Source: an uncultured virus (IMG/VR IMGVR_UViG_3300025009_000077)
Taxonomy: Duplodnaviria > Heunggongvirae > Uroviricota > Caudoviricetes
Virus record (IMG/VR): IMGVR_UViG_3300025009_000077
Span: 56,604-76,603 of that record
Length of the DNA: 20,000 nt
Direction: 5' to 3' (one strand)
Of this stretch, positions 8,482 to 16,298 are shown one piece after another (the stretch's first letter is position 1; each line of letters opens with the position of its first letter). The notes below the pieces were generated by a model. The model worked only from the letters and a program-made list of their open reading frames with translations, had not been told where the DNA came from and ran no database searches. The position numbers were made by a program, and so were the translations under genes.

Positions 8482-9021
8482 ATGAAAGACAAGTTCTTTA
8501 TTGGTATAGACCCAGGCTTCCAAGGAGGGATATCCGTAATTAGGAATGGAGTCGTTGAACTAGTAGTGGATATTCCTATAAAATCTACTTCTACTGGGAA
8601 GAAGAAAATGAATATCTCCAAAATGAAGAGGGAAGAGATATTCATCAGAGAAGTGGATACCGTCAAGTTACGAGATATTATAAATGTCTATGCAGTAGAA
8701 AAAACCGAAGTACTTATAGAAAAAGTGGCTTCTATGCCAGGACAGGGAGTAGTATCAGTATTTACTTTCGGATATAATTATGGGCTAGTGGTAGCCTCCG
8801 TTCAAAATTCAAACTTCAATTTACATAAAGTCTCTCCTAGGAAATGGAAGACATACTATAATCTTGATAGTGATAAAGGCAAGTCTATCTCTTTAGTTAG
8901 GGAGATGTATCCAGAATCAAAAGATTGTATTAAATTAAAGAAACATGACGGAAGAGCAGAATCTTTACTACTAGCAGATTATCTATTTAAACATACAAAG
9001 GAGTTTGGAATTGTGGAATAG
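8482..9021 (+). CDS. ruvC: RuvC-like Holliday junction resolvase
   Basis: FIGIDPG, VLIEKV, FTFGYNYG, SPRKWK, HDGRAESLLLA. Confidence 0.85.
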   Translation: MKDKFFIGIDPGFQGGISVIRNGVVELVVDIPIKSTSTGKKKMNISKMKREEIFIREVDTVKLRDIINVYAVEKTEVLIEKVASMPGQGVVSVFTFGYNYGLVVASVQNSNFNLHKVSPRKWKTYYNLDSDKGKSISLVREMYPESKDCIKLKKHDGRAESLLLADYLFKHTKEFGIVE

Positions 9022-9670
9022 TTGTATTGTTTGTGGTAAGAATTATTATGTTAGACCCAGTAGCATTGATTCTAAAACATGCTCTCGTAAATGCTACAAT
9101 GAATTTAATTTGAAGAGGAGACTTGAAGTATTAGGAGAGTACATTCTTTGTGATAACGGTTTGTACAAAAAATATCATATCAATAAAAAAGGAGATATAG
9201 GATACAACTATTTTTATAAATCTTCTTGCATTTTTTGTGGTAAGGAATGTTTTAGAGTTCACATATTAGGAAAAAGAGAAATTGCTACAGTATGTAGCAA
9301 AGAATGCAAAAAAGAACTAATGAGGGGAAAGCAAGTAAAGGGTCTTAAATATAAAACCTCTGGAAGTATTCTTCAGTATTCTCCTAATCATATTAATAAT
9401 AGAAAAGGTTATGTGGCACAACACCGTCTTGTGATAGAAGAAGATTTAGGAAGAATCCTGAGTATGGAGGAGGTAGTTCATCATATTAATATGGACAATA
9501 GTGATAATGAGCTAGATAACTTGTACCTGTGTAGAAATGCTTCTTGTCATAACAAAGCCCATGCCTCTTTAAATTATTGTGTGAAGGATTTAATAAATAG
9601 AGGATGTCTAAAATTTAACAAAGAAGAGGGAATCTATATATTAGGAGATAATATATGGAAGAAGAGTTAA
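9005..9670 (+). CDS. HNH homing endonuclease with N-terminal Cys/Zn motifs
   Basis: YVAQHRLV...VVHHINMDNSDNELDNL...CHNKAH; two CxxC...CSxxC modules. The start may be TTG9011, which is better spaced from the AAGGAG RBS. Confidence 0.85.
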   Translation: MELWNSCIVCGKNYYVRPSSIDSKTCSRKCYNEFNLKRRLEVLGEYILCDNGLYKKYHINKKGDIGYNYFYKSSCIFCGKECFRVHILGKREIATVCSKECKKELMRGKQVKGLKYKTSGSILQYSPNHINNRKGYVAQHRLVIEEDLGRILSMEEVVHHINMDNSDNELDNLYLCRNASCHNKAHASLNYCVKDLINRGCLKFNKEEGIYILGDNIWKKS

Positions 9671-10206
9671 TAAGAATAATAGAGTTTGATAACTTTGATA
9701 TCCGATTAGTTAGATGTTCCGCAGAAGGTTGTAAGGATATCATAATGGTTTGGGCTTACAACAAAGATGGTAAGTACATAGATGATGCTGTAGAGTTAGC
9801 TATCAAGATGGATAGGTACTCTATAGACTCAGAGTTCCAAACATCTAAGCCAGAGAATAAAGTTTGTAGTGTAGGATTCTCTACTAAAGAACAGAAGTGG
9901 TATGGGTGGAGTCATAGAGCTATCTTTGGATTTGGAATAGGTTCTACTTGTAAGAAAGGAGATGCTCACTATATTCCAGATAACTTTGAAGATTATAGGT
10001 ATGGAAGTGTCTGGGGAGCTTGCTCTGATTTAGTAGAAGATTACGGAATAGATGATGGGACAAGTAGATTACTTTGTAGGGATACCCGAATAGAATGTAA
10101 TGAAGATAGTTGTCCTCATTATACAAAAGGAAGAGGAGAATGGGTAGCATCTACCCTAGAGGATGCCAAACGTATGGCACGAGATTTTGCGACAAGTGTA
10201 TCATAA
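9655..10206 (+). CDS. Hypothetical phage protein
   Basis: AGGAG RBS; aromatic-rich block GFSTKEQKWYGWSHRAIFGFGIG; no function recognised. Confidence 0.65.
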   Translation: MEEELIRIIEFDNFDIRLVRCSAEGCKDIIMVWAYNKDGKYIDDAVELAIKMDRYSIDSEFQTSKPENKVCSVGFSTKEQKWYGWSHRAIFGFGIGSTCKKGDAHYIPDNFEDYRYGSVWGACSDLVEDYGIDDGTSRLLCRDTRIECNEDSCPHYTKGRGEWVASTLEDAKRMARDFATSVS

Positions 10207-10225
10207 AACAACGGGAGGACATAAA

Positions 10226-11347
10226 ATGGCACCAAAGAAACAAGCCAAGAAGAAAGAAGACACGGATTTAGCTGGAATAAATATGAAGTTATCCTTTGAT
10301 GACTTCTTGAAGAAATATGTTAATGCAGAAGCCAGAGAAGACGAAGTAGTTCCTACTGGAATTATCCCCATGGATATATTGTTATCTGGAGGTATCCGAG
10401 AGGGAGATATGATTATGATATATTCTCCAGAAGGTTTAGGTAAGACTACTTTAGTACTACACATGGCTAGAAGATTGATGGAACAGTATGGTAAGAAAGT
10501 TCTCTTCATAGACGTGGAAGCTGGTTTAGCTAACATGATTGAATCCCAAGGAATGCTACCTTATATAGATAAGGGGTTATTTAATTTCGTAGATGAGTTA
10601 CAGACCGTAGGACATTTAGAAAAGATATTAGAGGGATTAGTTAAACAAGATGTTCCTGCTTACGATGTGGTCATTATAGATAGTATTACTAATGTGTTGG
10701 ACGACTCTGTATTAACTAGGTCAGTCATAGACCCCATGATGTGTGGACAGGCAAAGGCTATGACATCCTTCTTACAGAAGTTTAGGGTACTGTTAAGGAA
10801 AGCGGGTATTACAACTTTCTTGGTAAATCAAGAGAGAGCTAATATAGAAGCGAAAGGTCCCTACGACAAGAAAACTAAATCGGCAGGTTGCAAGGCTCTA
10901 CACTATCAACCAGACGTTATCATATCTTTAAAGAAAGACAGTGGTAGAACTGGAGGAGCCGATATGATGGAGAAGAGGATAACATTAGAAGGAGAGAAAG
11001 ACGTACCAGTTGGATGCTATATCTCTGCTAAGGCAGATAAGAACAGGAAAGGATTTTCTAAGATTCCAATAGTATTTCCTTTGATATTTACTAAGGGTGT
11101 TTCTAATATTTATTTCTTAGTAGACCTGTTGAAAAGTAAAGGATATATTAAATCAGCGGGAGCTTATTGGAAAACTGAAATCATTCCTAACCCAGCGGGG
11201 GGAGAGTGGAGTCTCTGTGGTATGAAGTCTTTATATAAATGGGTTAAAGATAACTTTGCAGAGCTAGATGAGTTCTTAAAAAATGATGGAGCTTACACAT
11301 TAGTACATGAGAAAACAGAGGAGGATATAGTAGAAGAAGATGAGTAA
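10226..11347 (+). CDS. recA: RecA/UvsX-like recombinase
   Basis: VVPTGIIPMDILLSGG, Walker A variant YSPEGLGKTT, FIDVEAG, Walker B VIIDS, LVNQER. Start moved to ATG10226 behind GGGAGG. Confidence 0.9.
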   Translation: MAPKKQAKKKEDTDLAGINMKLSFDDFLKKYVNAEAREDEVVPTGIIPMDILLSGGIREGDMIMIYSPEGLGKTTLVLHMARRLMEQYGKKVLFIDVEAGLANMIESQGMLPYIDKGLFNFVDELQTVGHLEKILEGLVKQDVPAYDVVIIDSITNVLDDSVLTRSVIDPMMCGQAKAMTSFLQKFRVLLRKAGITTFLVNQERANIEAKGPYDKKTKSAGCKALHYQPDVIISLKKDSGRTGGADMMEKRITLEGEKDVPVGCYISAKADKNRKGFSKIPIVFPLIFTKGVSNIYFLVDLLKSKGYIKSAGAYWKTEIIPNPAGGEWSLCGMKSLYKWVKDNFAELDEFLKNDGAYTLVHEKTEEDIVEEDE

Positions 11348-11564
11348 AGTAAGAATAATACAGTTTAAGAAGAATTACAAATTAGTTGTAACTAAAGACG
11401 GAGTGGATGAGATAGTAGCAGAAGTATATAACCAAGAGGATGCTCTACTTGTATCTTATATGATAGAGAAAGCTTTGAATGGCGGAATAGATGAACAGGA
11501 ATTAAAAGACTATATACTTGGTGTTGCTAAAGAAACTCCTTTTATAAAGGTACCAAAAGAATAA
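11340..11564 (+). CDS. Hypothetical protein
   Basis: 74-aa ORF overlapping the recA stop and ending before the terminator. Confidence 0.6.
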   Translation: MSKVRIIQFKKNYKLVVTKDGVDEIVAEVYNQEDALLVSYMIEKALNGGIDEQELKDYILGVAKETPFIKVPKE

Positions 11565-11584
11565 ATCATATTAAAATTTTTAAG

Positions 11585-11612
11585 AGCTAGAGAAAAACCT
11601 CTAGCTTTTTTT
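11585..11612 (+). terminator. Rho-independent terminator
   Basis: AGCTAGAG-aaaaac-CTCTAGCT followed by a T-run. Confidence 0.85.
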
Positions 11613-11621
11613 ATTAAGATA

Positions 11622-11630
11622 TGATATAAT
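11622..11630 (+). promoter_or_regulatory. Extended -10 promoter element
   Basis: TGATATAAT, identical to the other promoters, with no consensus -35; upstream of the Rad50 operon. Confidence 0.6.
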
Positions 11631-11662
11631 ATTAATTATGCTATAGTAATTAGGAAAGATAT

Positions 11663-12778
11663 ATGAAATTAAAAATAAAGAACTTTCAACTTATCGCTGA
11701 AGCTGAATTAGAATTTCCTGTAGGCATCACAGCTATAATAGGACCCTCTAACTCTGGTAAGACATCAACTATAAGAGCTATCTATTCTCTACTAAAGAAT
11801 CCTCCAGAGGCTAAATCTTTCATTAAACATGGCAAAGACAAAGCTGAAGTGGAGATAGAGACGGACAGAATGAAAGTTAAGTGGACTAGAACTCCCAAAG
11901 AATCTATATATGAGATAGATGGAATAGTTCATCAGAAAGTAGGAAGAACAGATTTATTCGAGCTAGTTCCAGATAATGATTTTTATCTTGATGAAGATGG
12001 AAGTATAATAAATATACAAGATGAATGGTCTTCTTTATTCCCATTTGATAGAACAGACTCTCAAGTATATAAATTATTTGAAGATATTTTTGCTATGAAC
12101 GAGAATGATTCCACGGCTGTCATGAAGAAGATAAAGGAAGATGAGTCAGAAGCTAAACGTAAGATAGCCGATATGAATAATAAACTTGCTATAAACGAGG
12201 AGAGACTTAGTAAGATAAACTCTTTCATAAACTCTTATAGTGAGGAAGACTTATTGACTATGAGGGATAAGTTACAATTCATGCTTCAGGAATACAAAGG
12301 ACTGGACAATGATTGTAATAGTATTGTATCATGTCTTAGAATTATATCTGACATATCTAAGATTGAAAGAAAAGAGTTCGATTTCAATATTGTTAATAGT
12401 TATACCGAGCTAGATAAAAATGTTAAAGTCTTAGAAGATTGTATGTCAATAGTGAATAAAGAAATACTTCATAAAGAGTTCGATTTCAATATTGTTAATA
12501 GTTATACCGAGCTAGATAAAGATGCTAACAAGCTGGTAGATTTAAATAAATCTTTGTCCATAGATATTCCAGAAGACCCTAAGTTTGATTTTAATATTGT
12601 GAAACAATATCAAGAACTCGATAGGGATTGTGAAAATTTAATTAGTATTCTAAAAGAAGTTAAAGATATATCTGATGAAGAGAAAGAAGTTAAAAAGAAC
12701 TTGGTAGAACTAAAGGAACAGTTAGATTCTATGGATACCTGCCCGTTATGTGGACAAACTATAAAGGAGAAAGTATAG
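11663..12778 (+). CDS. Rad50/SbcC (gp46-like) N-terminal half: Walker A, coiled coil, zinc hook
   Basis: KIKNFQ, Walker A GPSNSGKT, Q-loop-like NIQD, long heptad region, CPLCG at the C-terminus; no signature or Walker B motif. Confidence 0.9.
   Translation: MKLKIKNFQLIAEAELEFPVGITAIIGPSNSGKTSTIRAIYSLLKNPPEAKSFIKHGKDKAEVEIETDRMKVKWTRTPKESIYEIDGIVHQKVGRTDLFELVPDNDFYLDEDGSIINIQDEWSSLFPFDRTDSQVYKLFEDIFAMNENDSTAVMKKIKEDESEAKRKIADMNNKLAINEERLSKINSFINSYSEEDLLTMRDKLQFMLQEYKGLDNDCNSIVSCLRIISDISKIERKEFDFNIVNSYTELDKNVKVLEDCMSIVNKEILHKEFDFNIVNSYTELDKDANKLVDLNKSLSIDIPEDPKFDFNIVKQYQELDRDCENLISILKEVKDISDEEKEVKKNLVELKEQLDSMDTCPLCGQTIKEKV
12371..12520 (+). repeat. 48-bp exact direct repeat (12371-12418 and 12473-12520), period 102 bp
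   Basis: AAAGAGTTCGATTTCAATATTGTTAATAGTTATACCGAGCTAGATAAA twice, encoding KEFDFNIVNSYTELDK; a diverged third copy lies near 12581. Confidence 0.95.
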
Positions 12779-13045
12779 ATGGATATCAGAGAAGCAGAAG
12801 CTATTAAAAAGAACTACGAAGCTTTTCAATTAAGACAATCTAAAATAGAAGCTGTAAAGAATATGAAAGTTAAAGAAGCAAGTAGTTTAGTAAAGAAATA
12901 TAATTTTGAAGATTTGAAGGATTGGAAGAAAGTGGTAGCACTTAGGGATAGTAGGAAACCAGAAGTAGAATCCTTCTTAGACCAAGTTCAGAACTACATG
13001 AACTCTTCTGAACCCCAACTCAGAGAGATAGAGGATAATATTTAA
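12779..13045 (+). CDS. Small coiled-coil protein, possible middle segment of split Rad50
   Basis: ATG directly follows the TAG of the Rad50 N-half in the same frame; own AAGGAG RBS at 12764-12769. Confidence 0.65.
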   Translation: MDIREAEAIKKNYEAFQLRQSKIEAVKNMKVKEASSLVKKYNFEDLKDWKKVVALRDSRKPEVESFLDQVQNYMNSSEPQLREIEDNI

Positions 13046-13046
13046 T

Positions 13047-13670
13047 ATGGATGACAATATTTTACTGTCTCTCGATTATAGAGTTAGAAGGTACGGGTCT
13101 CTTAAATCTCGAGTAAGTAATATAGAAAGTAATATCTTTTCAACCAAAAAAGAGATAGAAGAAGAAAGTAGGGACTTAGAAACAATTAGAGAATCTGCTA
13201 TCTATTACAAGAAGAGTCAGGATATTCTATATGATAAAAGCATAGGATTCTTGAAGGAGCTTATAAATTCCGCTCTTAGATTTATATTCTATGATAAGAG
13301 TTATGAGATAGCAATAGAGCTAGAAGATAAAAGAGGAACCAAAGGATTGTCTTTTAAACTCAAAGACTTAGATAATGATTTTGAAGTATCTCTCAAGAAC
13401 GGATGTGGCAACGGGGTTAGGTCTGTCATCTCCGCTATACTTAATATCTTTGCATTAGTGAATAAGGGTAAAGAATTTTTAGAAGTAGATGAAAAGTATT
13501 CTTATATCTCTACTGAGTATCTTCCTAATTTTTTTACTTTTCTAGGTAGAATCTGTCAAGAGAAAGGATTAAGAATATCGATAGTAACTCACGACCCTAG
13601 GTTTCTGATGTATGCTAATAAGATTTATAGGATTAGCGATGGGAGAGTTGAAGAGGTTCCTAATGCTTGA
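13047..13670 (+). CDS. Rad50/SbcC C-terminal half (signature, Walker B, H-loop)
   Basis: N-terminal coiled coil, variant signature GCGNG, Walker B FLEVDE, IVTH, terminal ANKIYRI. Confidence 0.85.
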   Translation: MDDNILLSLDYRVRRYGSLKSRVSNIESNIFSTKKEIEEESRDLETIRESAIYYKKSQDILYDKSIGFLKELINSALRFIFYDKSYEIAIELEDKRGTKGLSFKLKDLDNDFEVSLKNGCGNGVRSVISAILNIFALVNKGKEFLEVDEKYSYISTEYLPNFFTFLGRICQEKGLRISIVTHDPRFLMYANKIYRISDGRVEEVPNA

Positions 13671-13950
13671 TTACAGGCACAAGATAATTTGTATCAAAGA
13701 AAAGTTATCCAGTTTAAATGAAACTTACTTTGAAGAATTATGTTTATCAGATAGGCAACAGTTAATAGAGATAGTTGAATACTGTAATAAATTTTTATTT
13801 AATCCAAGTAATTTAGAGTTATTAGATTCTTTATGGATAGAACTTAATTATTTACATAGTTATAACAAAGTAAATAAAAAGAGAAGATATCTATTTAGAG
13901 CAACCATAACAGAGATAACCAACAGCGTAAAAGATTTAATGGAGGAATAA
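13663..13950 (+). CDS. Hypothetical protein
   Basis: Start moved to ATG13663 (GAGG upstream, short overlap with the previous stop); TAATG coupling to the next gene. Confidence 0.55.
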   Translation: MLDYRHKIICIKEKLSSLNETYFEELCLSDRQQLIEIVEYCNKFLFNPSNLELLDSLWIELNYLHSYNKVNKKRRYLFRATITEITNSVKDLMEE

Positions 13951-14831
13951 TGGCGACAGCTATAATAGGAGACCTTCATGCCTCCGACACTAAACCAAAA
14001 AGTAGAATGGATGACTACCCTACTACTTGTATAGATAAATTAGAATCCATATTAAAATTATATAAGTATGTAATAATACTTGGAGATTTATTTCATAGCT
14101 CTTCAGTGTCTACAGAATACTGTAATAAATTAATTAAAAGATTAAAACCTTATAAGGGAAGATTACACTCTATATTAGGGAACCATGATGCTTCCTATAG
14201 AACTCTTAACTTAGATAAGACAGACATGGGAACTCTAATGAACTCCGATGTTATAGATTTACATTTAGAATCTTTTGAATTAGAAGGTGTATCTTATGAT
14301 GTGGCTTCCGTGGTTCCAGAGTTAAAACTTCCCGAGAAAAAATCAAATATATTATTGGGACATTTCTATTTAGATAATAACTTAGCCCCTAAAGAAAGTT
14401 TATCTATGGGTAACTTAAAGAGTTATCAGTATGTCTTCTTAGGACACGACCATTCTCCGTACTCAACTATAGTAACTGAAACTACTAATGTCTATCGTAT
14501 GGGTTCCTTCATGAGGAACACTGCCGATGGATATAATCTAGTTAGAGATATTATAACCTATGCTGTTATTGACAAGGGTATTGTATCCTTGAATCAGCTA
14601 AAGGTAACTCCTGCTAAGGAAGTGTTTGTTCCTGAAGCATATAATAATATGGATAGAGTTATTAATAAGATTTGTGATTTATCTAACTTAGACAATTTGA
14701 TATCTAATTTTAAGAAGAGGAATCCTTCTGAAAGTATAAGTACCCTTAAGATTCTTCAAGAGTTGGAAACTCCTGAAGCTTCTATGGAATATTTAAAATT
14801 GGTACATGAACAATTGGGACTACGATTCTAA
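13950..14831 (+). CDS. Mre11/SbcD (gp47-like) nuclease
   Basis: IIGDLH, LGDLF, LGNHD, LGH, LGHDH, MGSFMR; GGAGG RBS; adjacent to the Rad50 halves. Confidence 0.9.
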   Translation: MATAIIGDLHASDTKPKSRMDDYPTTCIDKLESILKLYKYVIILGDLFHSSSVSTEYCNKLIKRLKPYKGRLHSILGNHDASYRTLNLDKTDMGTLMNSDVIDLHLESFELEGVSYDVASVVPELKLPEKKSNILLGHFYLDNNLAPKESLSMGNLKSYQYVFLGHDHSPYSTIVTETTNVYRMGSFMRNTADGYNLVRDIITYAVIDKGIVSLNQLKVTPAKEVFVPEAYNNMDRVINKICDLSNLDNLISNFKKRNPSESISTLKILQELETPEASMEYLKLVHEQLGLRF

Positions 14832-14840
14832 AAAAGGATA

Positions 14841-14869
14841 TTGACATTTATATCGATAGATGATATAAT
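14841..14869 (+). promoter_or_regulatory. sigma70/sigmaA promoter
   Basis: TTGACA (14841-14846), 17 nt, TATAAT (14864-14869), extended -10 TG. Confidence 0.9.
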
Positions 14870-14898
14870 CAGAGTACTAAGTTGTCTAAAGGGATACT

Positions 14899-15231
14899 AT
14901 GATAAAAGAAACAGTTCTATGTTTAGATGATGAATATGAATACTACTATGCTATTGAACTTTGTGAGGAGTTGAATATCAGCTTTGAAGTGTTAAGATGG
15001 CATAGTAGAACATCGGTTCATGTTACCAGAAAAGAACCCAGTAACCTAGAGAACTTTAAGATGGAAACAATCTTTTCAGCAGATGAATCGAAGTTGGGTT
15101 TCTTCATGCACCTTTTAACAATAAGAATAGATAAAGTAAATCTATTCAATAAATGTTTAGAACTAATCAAAGAAACGGATTATGATAAAGAGATAGATGA
15201 CTTTTATGAAATGATTTATAAAGAACATTAA
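14899..15231 (+). CDS. Hypothetical protein (acidic)
   Basis: 110-aa ORF after the promoter, AAGGGA RBS. Confidence 0.65.
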   Translation: MIKETVLCLDDEYEYYYAIELCEELNISFEVLRWHSRTSVHVTRKEPSNLENFKMETIFSADESKLGFFMHLLTIRIDKVNLFNKCLELIKETDYDKEIDDFYEMIYKEH

Positions 15232-15264
15232 GTTTTAAGATATCTTGTTAAGTGGGAGAGACGA

Positions 15265-15537
15265 ATGGTTTTAAATCCTGAAGAAATCCTAGAAGAAATT
15301 AAAGTGGGTAAATCATACCTGCTGGATGAAGATGTTAATCTGTTAGGGGAGATAGATTACGAGGAGCACCTGTTTTATATCCCCAAGAGGAATATCTTTT
15401 GTAGGCATCAGATAGACTGGCTCTGTTATTTTAAATCCAATTGGAAGAAGGCTAATTCATTTGAAGAGATAGATGAAGAAGAAGCGTTGATTCTTATTAG
15501 ACTAAAATTGGAGCAGGATGAAGATGATAAACCGTAA
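15265..15537 (+). CDS. Hypothetical protein (acidic)
   Basis: 90-aa ORF, GGGAG RBS. Confidence 0.65.
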   Translation: MVLNPEEILEEIKVGKSYLLDEDVNLLGEIDYEEHLFYIPKRNIFCRHQIDWLCYFKSNWKKANSFEEIDEEEALILIRLKLEQDEDDKP

Positions 15538-15835
15538 GGATTTGAGAGCCTTGAGACGAGGAGAGATACCCCATATAATATTACCAGATGGGTATATGTT
15601 AAAGTTAGATGATTACAATAAGATATTTATCAGTAGGGGAGGAAAGAAACATTATTATTTAACTGATGCTTTCCTTGATGTATTATGTAATAAGAAACCA
15701 ATAAACAATAATATGCTATTGTTCTTAAACATAATTAAGAACATAGAAGGCATAGCTAAAAGATTAAAGAAAGAATCTCTGACAAGAATTAAGTTAGAGA
15801 AATTAATAGAGGAGATTAAAACTAAGTATGAATAA
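15518..15835 (+). CDS. Hypothetical protein (basic)
   Basis: 105-aa ORF overlapping both neighbours; GGAG upstream. Confidence 0.6.
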   Translation: MKMINRKDLRALRRGEIPHIILPDGYMLKLDDYNKIFISRGGKKHYYLTDAFLDVLCNKKPINNNMLLFLNIIKNIEGIAKRLKKESLTRIKLEKLIEEIKTKYE

Positions 15836-16031
15836 GTTAAAGAATTTTTTATTAAAGCTTAAGACATTCATATTATTATGTATGCCTTTATGTTTTTATA
15901 TATGGTTATTAAGAAAAGTTAGTACAGATAGATTACAAGATTACGCTGGTATCTTAGGGGACAATCCTAAATCTCTGATTGTATATCATGGAGTAGTCAT
16001 GGTAGACTTGGATGAAGGAATGCAGATTTAA
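15828..16031 (+). CDS. Small putative membrane protein
   Basis: GAGGAG RBS; hydrophobic stretch TFILLCMPLCFYIWLL flanked by basic residues. Confidence 0.55.
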   Translation: MNKLKNFLLKLKTFILLCMPLCFYIWLLRKVSTDRLQDYAGILGDNPKSLIVYHGVVMVDLDEGMQI

Positions 16032-16055
16032 TCTATAAATATTAAAGGAGGTTCT

Positions 16056-16298
16056 ATGTACCTAAGTTATGATGAGGGTAATGGAGGTCCCATAGTATTC
16101 TTCGATGATGAAGACAAGTGTAGATTCTGTAAACACTTAGCTAAGTGTCCTTTGATATCCGCACTCCAGTTGGGAGAATATTGTATTCCTATTAGGGAAA
16201 AGATTCCAACTCAGGATTTCTGTGAGTTGTTTGAAGCTAACCCTAGAATTAAAAGTATGCAAAAAAGTTTAGAGAAAAGAAAGAAGTCGAAAGATTAA
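16056..16298 (+). CDS. Small Cys-rich protein
   Basis: AAGGAGGT RBS; C-x2-C-x5-C plus two further Cys; TAATG overlap with the adenosyltransferase gene. Confidence 0.7.
   Translation: MYLSYDEGNGGPIVFFDDEDKCRFCKHLAKCPLISALQLGEYCIPIREKIPTQDFCELFEANPRIKSMQKSLEKRKKSKD

Noticed and set aside
10163..10225. N-terminal extension of RecA from ATG10163
   Set aside because: It overlaps the upstream gene, and a strong GGGAGG RBS supports ATG10226.
12371..12520. 48-bp repeats with a 54-bp spacer as a CRISPR array
   Set aside because: Only two exact copies, in frame inside a CDS and matching a protein repeat; no cas genes or leader.
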